In this document: piece after piece, positions 50,181-63,298 of the stretch
Layout: every line of letters begins with the position of its first letter
How positions within the stretch are numbered: the first letter of the stretch is position 1
Assembly (NCBI GenBank): GCA_964016885.1
Contig: OZ024740.1
Coordinates: 179,242,001-179,306,000 of the forward strand
Source of the DNA: Eledone cirrhosa
Lineage: Eukaryota
Length of the DNA stretch: 64,000 nt
Reading direction: 5' to 3'
The notes under the pieces: generated by a model
What the model saw: only the letters and a program-made list of their open reading frames with translations
What the model was told of the DNA's origin: nothing
Database searches by the model: none
Made by a program: the position numbers and the translations under genes

Positions 50181-52510
50181 AAATACACTTTTACACTCGA
50201 TTGTCTTCCTTTTCTTCTTTCATCTAAATACCATCTCTTCTCTGTTTCTATTTTACAATGAAATCCAGTAAGACTCTTTTGTAAGCATTAAACTAATATA
50301 CAATTATTGCTCTCTTGTATTGGTTTTTCTTGCTGATATGTCTTACAAACACACACATATACACACGTACATACACACACATACATACTCCATTACTTAT
50401 TTTAGTGGTTAACTTGCAGACAAAATGAGACAGTACCTTAAAAGGAATTTAGTCGATCGTATGGATCCATATACTTATTTTTTCCAGTCTTGTATGAATT
50501 GTATAGATCAGCTTTTTGTTAACTCCCTAAGTTACGAGACATTTTCGGTTTCCATCAAACAGAATTCACTCACCCACCATTGTACAAACTCATTCTACAG
50601 ATACTGAGCCAGTAATCATGTAGTTTCGAAGCAAAGTTTTAACCACAGACCCGATATATCTACTTTACTTAGCTGACCCCCTCAACAATGCAGAAACATG
50701 CAGGAGATGGTATACAATGACACCTGAAAAAATTGTAGTCTTATTACCCGATATATTGTGGCCACTATAGAAGCCATTTGAGGATAAATTAGGCCTTTTT
50801 GTACTAATAGTATTAAAAACACGTCCGTACAACCTGGGGCTGCGCTGCATGTATCAGTTTACCACTGATTCTAATTCCACAAATTTTGCCGAGGTCAACT
50901 TTGCTTCTCATTCTTTCGGGGTCGATAAATAAGGCAACTATCGAAGGGTGGTGGATTGTTTTAATTGTTAAAGAATTAGACGAGATACTTTGCAGTATTT
51001 GTTTGCCTCGTAGTATTCTGAATTTAAATCCGCAATGGAAATATTGAAATCATTGTTTTCGTCGTGTGATCTAACGATCAGCCACTTTCATTTTTCTTTT
51101 AAAGTGATTATATCCAAACCTAGGGTAGAGTATTTGCAATGTCGGAAGAGCGTCGGAAAACTTTCCCCTCCCCCACAATTGTTGGCTTTGTGCCTATATC
51201 AGAAACCATTATATTCCAATCTAGAATTAGTGACTTTCTATCTTAAATTTCAATTGATATCATTGATGATGCTGAGGCACACATTGGGTCAATAAAATAA
51301 AATGATAATTTCATATATAACATTCTTTAAATTTGTGCTTCTGTTAGAAACTATAATTACAATTATTTAATTGCACTTATTGCTATAGGCAAAATTGGTT
51401 CGGGTAAGAGCACTGATCAATACATTTTGTCTGTGATGTGTAGTAGGTGAAGCTGGGCGTATTTCCTGCAAGTCAGGATATTTTCTACATAATTTCACAT
51501 CCATTTGTTTTATAGATATTGTTTTAACTGTACAAGTCATTTTTAACACAATATGCAGGCTCAAAGATCATACTAAATGCAAGCTCATGTTTTGAAAACC
51601 AATCTGTATGGCAGGTTTTTCACTGTATTGTATGTCCAATAAAGGCAATATTATTATTACGATACTTACTTTTTTGCCCTTTTTATAGTTGCTATTGTTG
51701 ATGTTGCTGTCGTTGTTGTTGTTTCCTTTCTATTCGACAACATTTGTGACACAAAGAAAACGGGTTGAACATAAAATCGAATCTAACAAAGAAACATCTT
51801 TGTTTATAATTTTCAGTAAAAAAAAAAGGAAAGATTTTTAATTTGTTACTTGACAGTAAAAATGGATAACGTGACTAGAATACTAATATTAGAATAGTTG
51901 ATTGCTTTCATTTATTACATGAGTTTGTCTTTTTATTAGCGGCAAGACGGCCAGGTATATTACATCAACAAATTGATGCTAATACTTTAAACAGATTAAA
52001 ATATGCTAATAGTAAAACACTGCATTGCGATATAAACTTTGTACTGGACATTACGAACACATCGGAAAAGCCTCAAAGTCAAAGATTAGGATTCTATATA
52101 GATATTCTGACGTCTGAATATCAATGTATGCATTTAATTATAGTGTCTAAGAGTTTTATTTACTGATATTTCTCATGTATATTTTAATCATGATGTGATA
52201 TGACAGAGATAAGAGTGCGTTGAGATCAATTTGAAAGAATCTATTTCTCTATCTATCTTCTAATTCTTTATCTACAATATATATATATATATGTATATAT
52301 TCCAGGTTTCCTTCTTCGGTATGTTCTTTTTCTTCTCCTTTCCCTTCCCTTCTGTTATATATTTTTTCTCTCTCTTCTTTTTTTCCAAATAACTTCCTTT
52401 AGATATTGACGCACTGGGGCTAGATATCTTGTCTTTAATGCATAGAAATATCAAGGATCCCCAGCAGACAACTGATGAAGGAAAATTATCCTCCGTTCGT
52501 GCTTTCCTCT

Positions 52511-52596
<86 letters not shown>

Positions 52597-52627
52597 TATA
52601 CATATATATATATACACACACACACTC

Positions 52628-52994
52628 ATATATATAAAAAAGAAGAATGCAATATATTGAAAGTATAGATATAACGTCACATAGAGATATATAAAAAAGA
52701 AGAATGCAATATATTGAAAGTATAGATATAACGTCACATAGAGATATATAAAAAAGAAGAATGCATTATATTGAAAGTATAGATATAACGTCACATAGAG
52801 ATATATAAAAAAGAAGAATGCAATATATTGAAAGTATAGATATAACGTCACATAGAGATATATAAAAAAAGAAGAATGCAATATATTGAAAGTATAGATA
52901 TAACGTCACATAGAGATATATAAAAAAAGAAGAATGCAATATATTAAAAGTATAGATATAACGTCACATAGAGATATATAAAAAAAGAAGAATG
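52628..52994. repeat. Minisatellite, six full 57-58-bp units plus a partial seventh
   Basis: GAAGAATG starts at 52642, 52699, 52756, 52813, 52871, 52929 and 52987. Confidence 0.97.
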
Positions 52995-55460
52995 AGGAAC
53001 GTGTATGCGTATGAGATAGTACACAGGAGGATCATGAGATATACAGAAAATATATTATGTGTTACAAGATGGAATACGTGGAGAGTATGGACTCTCTATT
53101 GAAAAGATACACATGCATGGGGGTGCGTGGTCCGGCCATACTGGAGTATGTCACTGTGGTTGAGGTATATTGTCCTATAGGTGTAATGCATTTGACTGAA
53201 AGTCAGTGGAATCCGGGTCAACCTGCCCCGGCTCAGGCGATGTTCTTGCCTAGGGTGACGTGCAGAGTCCGGTATGCATCCCGGGTTATTTCGGTTTACC
53301 CCACGGGGTATGGTCATCAGGGTATGGTGTCTGATCCCTTGAATCCGTTTCCACTCTGGTCGGCGCACGCACCGCCACATGCCTTTAGCCTGGGCTTCCC
53401 GGTCGATTCCATGCGGAGAGTGTGCACCTTCTCTCGTGTCTGCACGTCATGATTATTTCCGATTTCAGGTTAACCGCATCATCCTTCAGTCTGACTTTCT
53501 CCATGGCCTCGTATAGGCATAGCCTACACTTTCTGTTTCCAGCCTAGTATGCATTCGCGTGCCGAACGATACTCCACTCAAGGGCATACGGCGTGCCTTT
53601 GTTCTTCAAGTCCTACATCAGGTCCGCCAGCCTAGTAGAGTGCCTCTTACTCCGGTCCTTGAAAGAGTTCGTGTGGATATACATCCGCGATTTAAAAGTC
53701 ATGGTGGTTGCGCCGATGTAGGTGCGCTTTATATTGTGTGTGCTAACCACACATTTATATACCAGGCCCTTCGTCGGGCATCTTCCCCCAGGGGACACTG
53801 CGTGCCCGCTTCGCAGTTGCACATTCTGTCGTTATGTTGTTCATTTCGTCGTCTGGCCCTTGATCTTCTAGGGCCCTCTCCCGATTCCCAGGGTGTTGTT
53901 CCGCCGACACGGCGGTCTCTCCTCCGCCACTCATTTCCAATCGGCGTTGGATTGTATGGTCTTCCGCGTGCGTGGCGGCCGCCGCGAGGGCCGGTTGTGG
54001 TTGGAAGACTGATCTGCGAGGGGCCCTCCGTGCTCCGATGGGCGGTCTTTCTACCGCCGCGGTTGACGGTCAAGGTTCCTCATCTTCGCCGCGTTGGTTT
54101 TGGCCATCTAGTCGGCCATGTTAGGTGCTGTGGAGAAGGAAAACTTCCCCGTGTGGCGGTGGAAAATCTTGTGGTATATGTTCGACAGCTGGAAGCACTC
54201 GTCTAACGCTCGGAAAAAGAGGCCTGATATATTGCTGCATACATGCTTAGAATACGGTGCGTTAAACCATATGGCGGCCTTAGATCTAGTCTTGTTCTTT
54301 CGTGTGTGTGTAGCAGCGTGAATGTGTTTTGGGTCTGGTGTCCCTCTCGGGTTTTTCCCGCCCGTTATTTCGTCCCCTATGTTGCCTCTATCTATATGTC
54401 TACTGTGGGCGTCAGGGTTACGCCTTTCGCTTACTAAGGTATTCCGCTTTGTATTGTCGGCTCTACTGTTAGTCTCGTTAATGCTATGTGGTGCTGTTGT
54501 CGGGGCTATACCCTTGCTACCGGGCCGGGTGTTTCCTCTACCAGGCCGGGTGTTTCCTCTACCGGGTGCCACAGCCGTACTTGTCCTTACCCTGTCCCTA
54601 GTTCTAGTTTCTGCGACGCATGTGGTGTGCGTCCCGGGCTCTTGTCTACGTGTTCTGGGTGGTCTGTCGCCCGTGTGTGTCTTCGTCTGTCCTATTATCG
54701 GTCCTGTGTCCTTATGGTGATCTATGATGCTACTCGTGTTCTTGGGGGCTAGGTGCCACTGCTATTGCCGTATCCGCATGCCTCGGCGCTAGGCTCTTCC
54801 CTGTCTGTGGTATACACTATGCTGTCTGCGTAACCGGCTCTGCGCAGTGCCTCATTATAATAGTCGGTGTGCTGGTTGAACACGTCTGCGTTGGCCGACA
54901 GGGTGGATACGCGTTTAGATACCCCTTTAACTATTGCTTCTATGACTGACTTGGTGTGGTTCGATTGCCTGTTCACATATTGCAGGTTGTCATTGGGCTT
55001 GTAATAAGGTCGGTGGATACCCGTATTCATTTCCAGGGTAACGTCCAGGAAATTCACCGTCTTAGTGCTAGGATCTATTGTCACGGATAAGCCGTGTTGC
55101 TTAAAAAAGTGCGATATTCGCTTCCTCATACGCTCCAGCTGGCTGGGGTTTAGGGAACGGAAGGTAAAAAGTGCGTCGTTTCTGTATATTCCTCCGCCGA
55201 TCCCTGGGATCTCCTCCGCTAATCTTTGGAGGAGATAGATCCCCACAAGGTCGGTCACTTGCGAGAGTCGCTCGACCCCATAGTAATATCGAAACTGTCG
55301 GGTCTGTCCCTCCTCTCCTCTAACTTGTCTTCGAAGCTAATTAGCGTCTTTCTAACTGCCATTATGAGGCTTGCCTCCTCCCTAGTGAGGTTGGACTTGG
55401 CCATGGCGCTCATGAGGGCGTTGTTCATTATTACAGGTGATACTGACGCGTAGTAAATAA
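52995..55460 (-). mobile_element. Naiad-like Penelope element, 5'-truncated and decayed (ORF ends 53385)
   Basis: RT FDITMGS, DLVGIYLL, GIYRNDAL, VNFLDVTL, YYKPND, SNH; IWFNAPYS; CNC..CPLG..C; LVYKC..YIGAT..FKSR..H..SF; WSIV..CRLCLYE..N.KSE..CRH. Confidence 0.88.
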
Positions 55461-56339
55461 ACATTTTTTTACTTCTTTATTTATCACATTCATAAGAATT
55501 AATATAATTTTAACTCTGTAAGTATACCTATCAATTAATTTAATTTCCTTTTATGTATCTAGGTTCCTTGAAATTTAAACAGGAGTAGTATTTCACATTA
55601 ACACTCTCATCGCACAAAAAATTCTTTTCCCTTAACTTTTAACAGCATTCTTTAATAAAATAATTTTTTTTGTGAGGTGGGGGGGGGGGATCCTTCACTA
55701 TCTCATTGACTTGACCTCATTTTAACCCCTATCTTTCTCTTCCCCATTCCCACTGTTACCTTTTCATTCAAAGCATAAATTTATACTTCTCCACTCCTAG
55801 CATAACATTCTACTACTGTCATTCTATCAACTTGACCTCCAACTCTTTTCTATCAATTCAAAACCTGTTCCCAAACAGACTTTTTGTATTAATACTTTGT
55901 TTCTTTCAATAAACATACTTCATCATTTCTGAAGTTGGCAAATATAAGCGAAGGTATGTATATCTCCTCTGGTAATTTGTAATATTTTTTTACACAGATC
56001 TTTAATATGATATACATACCAACACACACATATATATCCCAGAAACGATCGTAAAATGATGATTTTTTTCAATATAAGGAACCTGTTCTTTGTTTTTATT
56101 TCATTGTTTTTATTTCTATCAATCTATCTATCTATATATTAATGCAAGTTTACGATTCTGTGTGTCCGCCTAAAACTAGCAAACTACCGGACCAAACACC
56201 TCAAAATTATATGTACATATTCACTATATACTTGGACAGGTAACGGTTGAAAAAGTTTTACTTTGCAAAACAAGGAATTCATTTAAATTCAATTTATCTT
56301 ATTTTCTAATGAATATCAAAAGAGATCATCCATTTTGTT

Positions 56340-57110
56340 TTTTTATGTTCTCCAGTCTGTAGATAAGAGAGTGGGGGATGGGAGAGAGAAAGAGAGAGAG
56401 AGTGGCAGATGGGAGAGAGAGTAAGGCGATGAGAGAGAAAGAGAGAGGGTGAGTGGGAGAGAGAGATTAAGGGATGTGAGAGAGAAAGAAAGAGAGTAAG
56501 GGATGAGAGAGAGAGAAAGAAAGAGAGTAAGGGATGAGAGAGAGAGTGGGAGATGGGCGAGAGAGAGAGACAGTAAGAAGATGTGAGAGAGAAAGAAAGA
56601 GAGTAAGAGGATGAGAGAGAGAGACGATGAAAGAGAGAGAGGCAAAGTAACCAGCCTTCTTAACTTTTATTTATTTATTATTTTTACACACTTTTTAACT
56701 CTCCCGCTTCCTTAAGGCTATTTATGTTTTCTTTATTTTTTGTTCTCTATTCCGTAGAGAGAGGGGGGATGGGAGAAAGAAAAAGAGAGAGAGTAATGGG
56801 AATGGAGAGAGAGAGAGAGGGAAACTAGCCAGCGTTCATTAACTTTTATTTATTTATTATTTTTACACACTTCTTAACTCTCCCAATGTTATTTATCTTT
56901 TATTTATTTTTTGTTTGCTATTGTGTAGAGGATGAGTGGGAGAAAGAAAGAGAGGAGATGAGAAAGAGAAAGGGAGTGAGGCGGATGGGGAGAAAAAGAC
57001 AATAAGAAAAGAGAAAAGGTGGGAGAGAGAAAAAATGTAAAGAGGCAGGAGAGAGGGAGGGTGATTGGAGGAATTATTTAACCAACGTGTGTCCGCGTTT
57101 ATATATATAT
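56340..57110. repeat. GA-rich tandem units in the Helitron 5' region
   Basis: taacttttatttatttattatttttacacact..taactctccc recurs at about 56660 and 56840 between (GA)-rich tracts. Confidence 0.75.
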
Positions 57111-57292
57111 ATTTACACACACATGTGTGTTATGGGGGCGGGGGGCGTTCTTTAGCAGACGATATATGTTACCATCAAAGCTTATTTTCTATATATGTCT
57201 AAAGAAATCACAGATGCTTTTGTAGTTGTATGTATTTAACAGACAAAAAAAAAAAACGGTATTTTTAAAAGATATTATTTGAATATCCTTTC

Positions 57293-57415
57293 TATTCTGA
57301 GTTCAAATCCCGCCGAGGTTAACTTTGCCTTTCATCCTTTCGGGGTCGATAAAATAAAGTACCAGTAATGTACTGGGTAATTGCTGGCCTTGTGCCAAAA
57401 GTAGAAACAATTATT
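57293..57415 (+). mobile_element. SINE nested in Helitron, 13-bp TSD
   Basis: ATTATTTGAATAT at 57274-57286 and 57410-57422. Confidence 0.88.
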
Positions 57416-57708
57416 TGAATATATTATTTTCCGCTGTTATTTGAATTAACACAGAAAATATTTTTTTGTAGTGTTTGTCGTTTTTTTGGATACAATCTGA
57501 GATCCCAATATTTTCTACATATGTCTAAAATTAATTACACCTAATATACATTCATATAAAGAGATACTTTAAAACAACTTTACTGAGTTGTTTCTATTTC
57601 GGAAAGAGTGTGGTGAGTAATAATTGTTTCTACTTTTGGCATAAGGCCAGCAATTATTCCAGTGCATTACTTTATTTTATCGTGTGGTGTGTAATAATAT
57701 CACTTCAA

Positions 57709-60700
57709 ATGCCTAGAAAACGTTCCAGATCATTATATGGAAGGTCATCTTCAGAGGCTAAGAGAAAGAAAACACAGCGATCTGAAGAAAGTGAAGAAGT
57801 TCGGCATGCCCGTCTAGCTGATAACAGAGCCCAAGCAGCTTTAGCACGAGCACACCGTTTGGATGAAAGGGAACAAAAGACTGTTGCTACACGAGAACAA
57901 CAAATTAAGGAACAGCAGCAAATCAGACGAAATGATAATCAAGCACATCGTTCTACTGCCTGAGCAGGAGAACAAGCCACAAGTAAAATGAACAGGCTTT
58001 TTCTTATGACCCCCCCCCCCCCCCCAAAAAAAAAGGACTACAGCAGTAATCAACAAATGAACATTGGGAAAATACAGCCTATGATTCACTCCAATATCCG
58101 CTCATCTTTTGGAATGGTCCAGATGGATATCATTTTCAGCTACGGCAGATCAGCCCAGGAACGGGACAAGAGATTGGCCGATCAATCAGCTGCAAAGAAT
58201 TCTATGCTTATCATTCCATGGTACGTGATCACTTCAACCAAGTTCTGCGATTCAAAGAAGTAACCAGCCAGTTCATGGGGGACATGTATGCCAACATTGA
58301 AACAGAAAGATTGGGTTTTCTGCGAAAGAATCAAACTAAGTTGAGGGCAGATAACTACATCCACCTTAGATATGCCATCAATTCTGATGTTGACCCAAGA
58401 AATATTGGCCAGCCAGTCATATTACCATCAAGCTTCTCCGGAGGACCATGTTACATGCAAGATCCAATGGCCTATGTCAGAAAATTTGGTCGGCCAGATC
58501 TCTTCATTACATTTACATGCAATTCAAACTGGTCAGAAATATCAAATGAATTATTTCAAAATCAAAAACCAAATGATCGAAATGACCTCATTGCTCGGGT
58601 TTTCCATGAAAAGCAAAAAAACAACAACTCATCTGGCTCCTAAAAGAAGGAAGAATCTTTGGTGAACTTAGTGCTTGGATGACCACTATTGAGTGGCAGA
58701 AGAGAGGTCTTCCTCACTCTCACACACTAATCTGGTGTAAGGAGAGGATAAGACCAGATGATGTTGATAAGATCATTTCAGCAGTTGCCTGATAAAGGTG
58801 GTGATCCAGAGCTCTTTGAAACCATCAAGTTCAAACTCATTCATGGTCCATGTGGAGTCATCAATCCAGCCTCTCCCTGCATGAAAGATAAAAAATGCAG
58901 CAAACATTATCCTAGAGCTTTTATTCGGGAAACTCGGACTGACAATAATGGATACTCCCTTTATCGTAGGCGATACTGCAAGCCTAACAGTTCGAGGAGA
59001 AGAGCTGACCATAAACAATCAGTGGGTCGTCTCACACAACAAATTGTGTAAACTTTTAAAAGCTGATATCAATATTGAGTATTGCAGCTCCGTCAAGGCA
59101 ATCCTATATGTCACAAAATATATCAACAGGGGCAGAGACATGGCTACCTTTACTACTGACAAAGAACTCAATGATGGTGGGCTGTATGAGGTCAAACGGT
59201 ATCAGACAGGTCGATACATCTCCAGCAATGATGCTATCTGCCGAATCTTTGGATTTGATATCCATCAACGCCACTCAACAGTGGTCAACCTCGCAGTCCA
59301 TCTGGAAAATGGACAGAGAGTGTACTTCACTGAGATCACTGCTCACCAGTTGGCACAAGCATCACATGACACTACACTAACTGCTTTCTTTAAACTCTGC
59401 CAGAATGATGAATTTGCTCGATCCCTCCTATATGCTGAAGTCCCAACATACTACACCTGGACTAATTGAAAAATCGAAGAAAGCAGTGTCATTTAGTGGA
59501 AGGTCATGAAGTCAAGTAAAGTGATGCTATTGGGCGCGTTTACAATGTCCATCCCAACAACAGAGAATGTTTTTATTTACTGCTCGAGGACCAACGTCAT
59601 TTGAGGAGCTTAGGTGCTTCAGAGGAAGCGAGTGCTCAACATACCAAAAAGCATGTAAGCAGCACGGACTCCTGCATGACAATGGACACAGGAAGACGTG
59701 CCTAAAACAAGCAGCAATCACTCAAGTAGCCAGCCAAATAAGACAATTATTTGTATTATGCTCACAGCATGTGGAATTGACGAAGCTCATCTACTCTGGC
59801 AGGAGTACAAAAACAATATGTCGGACGACTATCTACACCTAACCCGAAGACAATATGTATATGGCAATATGTATATGCAATATAATCCCAGGATTTACAA
59901 TCAAGCTCTCTATGACCTGTCCCATCGAGTTCAGGCAATGAATAGCACATTAGCTAACAGCGTGATGCTAGAGCGAGATGAAGAAATGGAGGTAGTACAA
60001 GACATTTTTCAGGACACAACCGACGATATTCAAGCATTGCGTAAGTTTGTGGATGAAAATGAACCTTGATTGATGGATGACCAGAAATACGCCTACCACA
60101 ACATCATCTAAAACATTCAAAATGTAGGGGAAGACTTTTCTTCATCGATGCTCCTGCTGACACAGGCAAGACATTCCTCATAAACCTCCTGCTTGCAAAA
60201 GTTCGCCAAAAGCAACATATTGCCCTTGCTGTGGCTTCAAGTGGCATTGCAGCAACACTTCTGGATGGAGGGAGAACTGCACAGTCCATGTTTAAGCTGC
60301 CCATAGATCTCACACAGCATGAACAATCTTTTTACAACATCAAGAACTCACCCAAGCTTCTGCAAACTTGCAAGAGGATAATTTGGGATGAAGCTACTAT
60401 GAGCCATAAAGGAGCAATTGAAGCTTTGGACCGGACGATAAGGGATCTGAGAGAAAATAGTTGCATAATGCGAGGAGTGACAATGGTTCTTGCTGGTGAT
60501 TTCAAACAACTCTGCCTGTAATTCTTCGAGGGCTCGAGCTGATGAGGTCAATGCCTGTCTGAAAACGTCATGTCTCTGGCCCCGTTTTCAGCTGCTGAGC
60601 CTTACAACCAACATGCGAGTGCACTTAACTGGTGACGAAGGTGTCAGTGAGTTTGCCATCCAACTACTTAAATTGGGAAATGGACTTCTTGAAAAGGACT

Positions 60701-61417
60701 CCAATGACCATATTCAGTTGTCATTTGGCTATATCATTGACACAGAACAAGAACTGATTGCCAGAGTGTTTCCAAACATTCAGACCAGGCAATGTGATCA
60801 GAAATGGCTCTGTGAACGAGCAATCTTGGCACCTAAAAATGTTGCTGTGAAAAGAATCAACAGAAGGGGTGCTGGAGATATTAGCGGGAGAGAAAATATG
60901 CTACAAATCAGTTGACACAATCACTTCTCAAGTCCAGGTTGTAAACTATCCAACTGAACTTTTGAACACTCATGAACGAGCGGGAATTCCTTCACACAAC
61001 CTTATACTGAAGCTTGGAGCATTGGTTATGCTACTTCGCAATCTGGATCCTCCAAAACTTTGTAATGGCAGAAGACTCATAATCAAAAATATGATGTACA
61101 ATGTTCTAGAAGTTGCAATCATGTCAGGAAAAGTTGCTGGTGACAATTGTTTCATTCCTAGAATACCTCTGAAGTCAACTGATTTGCCATTTGAATTTCA
61201 AAGACTTCAATTTCTGATCGGGCTCAGTTTTGAAATGACCATTAATAAATCTCAAGGGCAACCATTGAAAGCCGTTGGGTTGAATCTGGCAGATCCTGTC
61301 TGTTCGCATGGTCAACTCTATGTTGGCACAACAAGGGTTGGGAACCCTGATTGTCTCTTCATTGTGGCACCACAGGGCACAACTAAGAATGTTGTTTATC
61401 CAGAGGCTTTGGAATGA
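57709..61417 (+). pseudogene. Helitron RepHel (HUH Rep + PIF1-family helicase), many stops and frameshifts
   Basis: MPRKRSR start; ILPSSFSGGP, GRPDLFITFTCN, IEWQKRGLPHSH, HGPCG, YVTKYINRG; DAPADTGKTF, ASSGIAATLL, IIWDEATM, LAGDFKQ, LTTNMR, TINKSQGQ, HGQLYV. Confidence 0.95.
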
Positions 61418-61989
61418 GCAATGTCGTAATTCCTCATTCAATGACAATAGACACAGATCCTAATTCCTTAGTCATGTAGTTTGCAAGGAATTCTGAAGCC
61501 GCAAATGTACTGCATGGTGTTACTTTGGAAGAATATGCAGGCATTCCCGGGTACCTCTGCTATATAAAGTAGTATAAGTGAGGACTTTGTTGGGTAGAAA
61601 TAGCAGCCAAATTTCCTTCAAATCCCATCTTACTTTCTCAGGTATGTATATATATGTATTAAGCAAAAAGGAATGGTTCTATGTAATAACTCGTTCTACT
61701 AGAAATATTAGCAACATCCATTTCAAATCACAAACAACTGTCTTACACACATACAAGTGTGTGTATGTATCTATGTATGTCATGTGAGCCACTATAACTG
61801 TTGGTACAGCTAATAGAAATAGAAAACAAATCTCCCTCAAACAAGATCCTACTGCCATAGAGGCAAACATTGGTGAAAGCTACAGTGTACAAATTTAAGT
61901 ACACTTTCCCCGAATTACAGAAATGAGTAAGTAAATGCTTCATTCAATCATAAACCAATGCTAAATATATTTTATTATTTTATTAAAGA

Positions 61990-62255
61990 GCGGTGAATTG
62001 GCAGTATCGGTAGAGGGTTGGATGCCATGCCTTCTAGTATAGTTACGTCCCTTTACGGTCTGAGTTCAAATCCCGCCGAGGTTAACTTTGCCTTTCATCC
62101 TTACGGGGTCGATAAAATAAAGTACCAGTAATGTACTGGGTAATTGCTGGCCTTGTGCCTAAAGTAGAAACAATTATTTTATTGATGGCTAAAATAAAGT
62201 ACCAGTAATGCACTGGATCATTGATGGCCTTGTGCCTAACGTAGAAACAATTATT
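61990..62255 (+). mobile_element. Full SINE plus tandem partial 3' copy, nested in Helitron
   Basis: Full copy 61990-62180; repeat of aaataaagtaccag...agaaacaattattt at 62190-62257. Confidence 0.9.
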
Positions 62256-62653
62256 TTATTGATGACTTTTAAAATACTCTTTACATGTTTGAATTTCAGA
62301 AGTTCAGATTGAGCAAAAAAAAGAAAAGGATTAATAAAAAAAATCTAAATGTATTTTTTTGGTATGCCCTTTTCACTGACAACATACCAACTGATTCATC
62401 TATGAGTAAAGCATTATATATGATGACTGTAATAGGGAGCAGTATTCAAAAATTCACCACTGGAAAAAACTAATATTTTTATCTAGATGATTTACTTTGA
62501 CCAAACGGCAATATATATTCTGCTATAATTCATACTTTGGTTAAAATTCAGCAATCATATTTGAACGGTCAAATATTTTGTAATGTGTGCCAAATATACT
62601 GTAACTTTCATAAAATACCCGGGTATCACCGGGTAGCTCAGCTAGTATATATA

Positions 62654-63019
62654 TAAAATAAGTAAGTCAAACATGTTAAATTTGGCTTCGTTTATTATAA
62701 ATTCTCTGCTATATATATTTTAGTGACAGCTATTATTGGCTGTGACCTCATCGGGCAGTACGAATTAATGTAGAAAAAACAGGTAAACATGTTGTTGAAA
62801 TGTGTTCCACTCTGTCAATTCATCAACATGTCCAGCTCCTGGGTGTGTTGTTAGTCCTCTGAGGAACTGGGATCATGGAACTGGAATCAGATATGATTCC
62901 AGTTACTCGGAGGACTTCCCAATAAGGTCACAGCCAATAATAGCTGTGACTGAAATATATATAGCAGAGAATTTATAATAAACGAAGCCAAATTTAACAT
63001 GTTTGACTTACTTATTTTA
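62654..63019. mobile_element. Inverted-repeat element with a whole hammerhead in each arm
   Basis: Arms 62654-62760 and 62912-63019. Minus: ctgc-CCGATGA-ggtcacagc..gctgtcact-AAAA-tatatata-gcag. Plus: cttc-CCAATAA-ggtcacagc..gctgtgact-GAAA-tatatata-gcag. Confidence 0.85.
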
Positions 63020-63129
63020 CATTACTCCGGAGTAAGCAAACCAACCTGCGTACTTAGTCGAGTACTCCAATCTCCATACTGAGGTGTCGGCAACCAACCA
63101 ACATACTCAATATATATATATATATCAAG

Positions 63130-63298
63130 ATGGATTTAGGTTAAAACTGGTTAGTCCACTACTCACTAGAGGACTCGATGCTTGGGGTAGTAGTGTATGG
63201 TTATATTATAGAGTGTCAGGACCCCGTACGGCTGAGCTCTTTCCGTTTGAACAGCTTGAAACGCAAGAGCTAAGCCGTCGTTGCCCTGACTCTTTTTA
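63130..63298 (-). repeat. Diverged copy of the 13416-13620 palindromic family
   Basis: Imperfect palindrome 63210-63296 (gtcaggaccccgtacggctgagctct...agagctaagccgtcgttgccctgac); flank matches the reverse complement of 13520-13600. Confidence 0.7.

Larger units (their letters stand above)
56131..62645 (+). mobile_element. Helitron with both termini, decayed Rep-helicase
   Basis: A|TCTATATATTAA at the 5' end; TACCCGG-gtatca-CCGGGTA hairpin (62616-62635) then CTAG|T (62642-62645); no TSD. Confidence 0.85.

Noticed and set aside
52628-52994. Regular repeat array resembling CRISPR
   Set aside because: Units are contiguous with no unique spacers, there are no cas genes, and the context is eukaryotic.
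53057-54752. Long plus-strand ORFs (131-215 aa); also minus-strand ORFs over the Tx1 element
   Set aside because: Antisense shadows of GC-rich retroelement ORFs.
62858-62866. CTGAGGA as a hammerhead core
   Set aside because: No GAAA/UH partner; it is paired within a simple hairpin.
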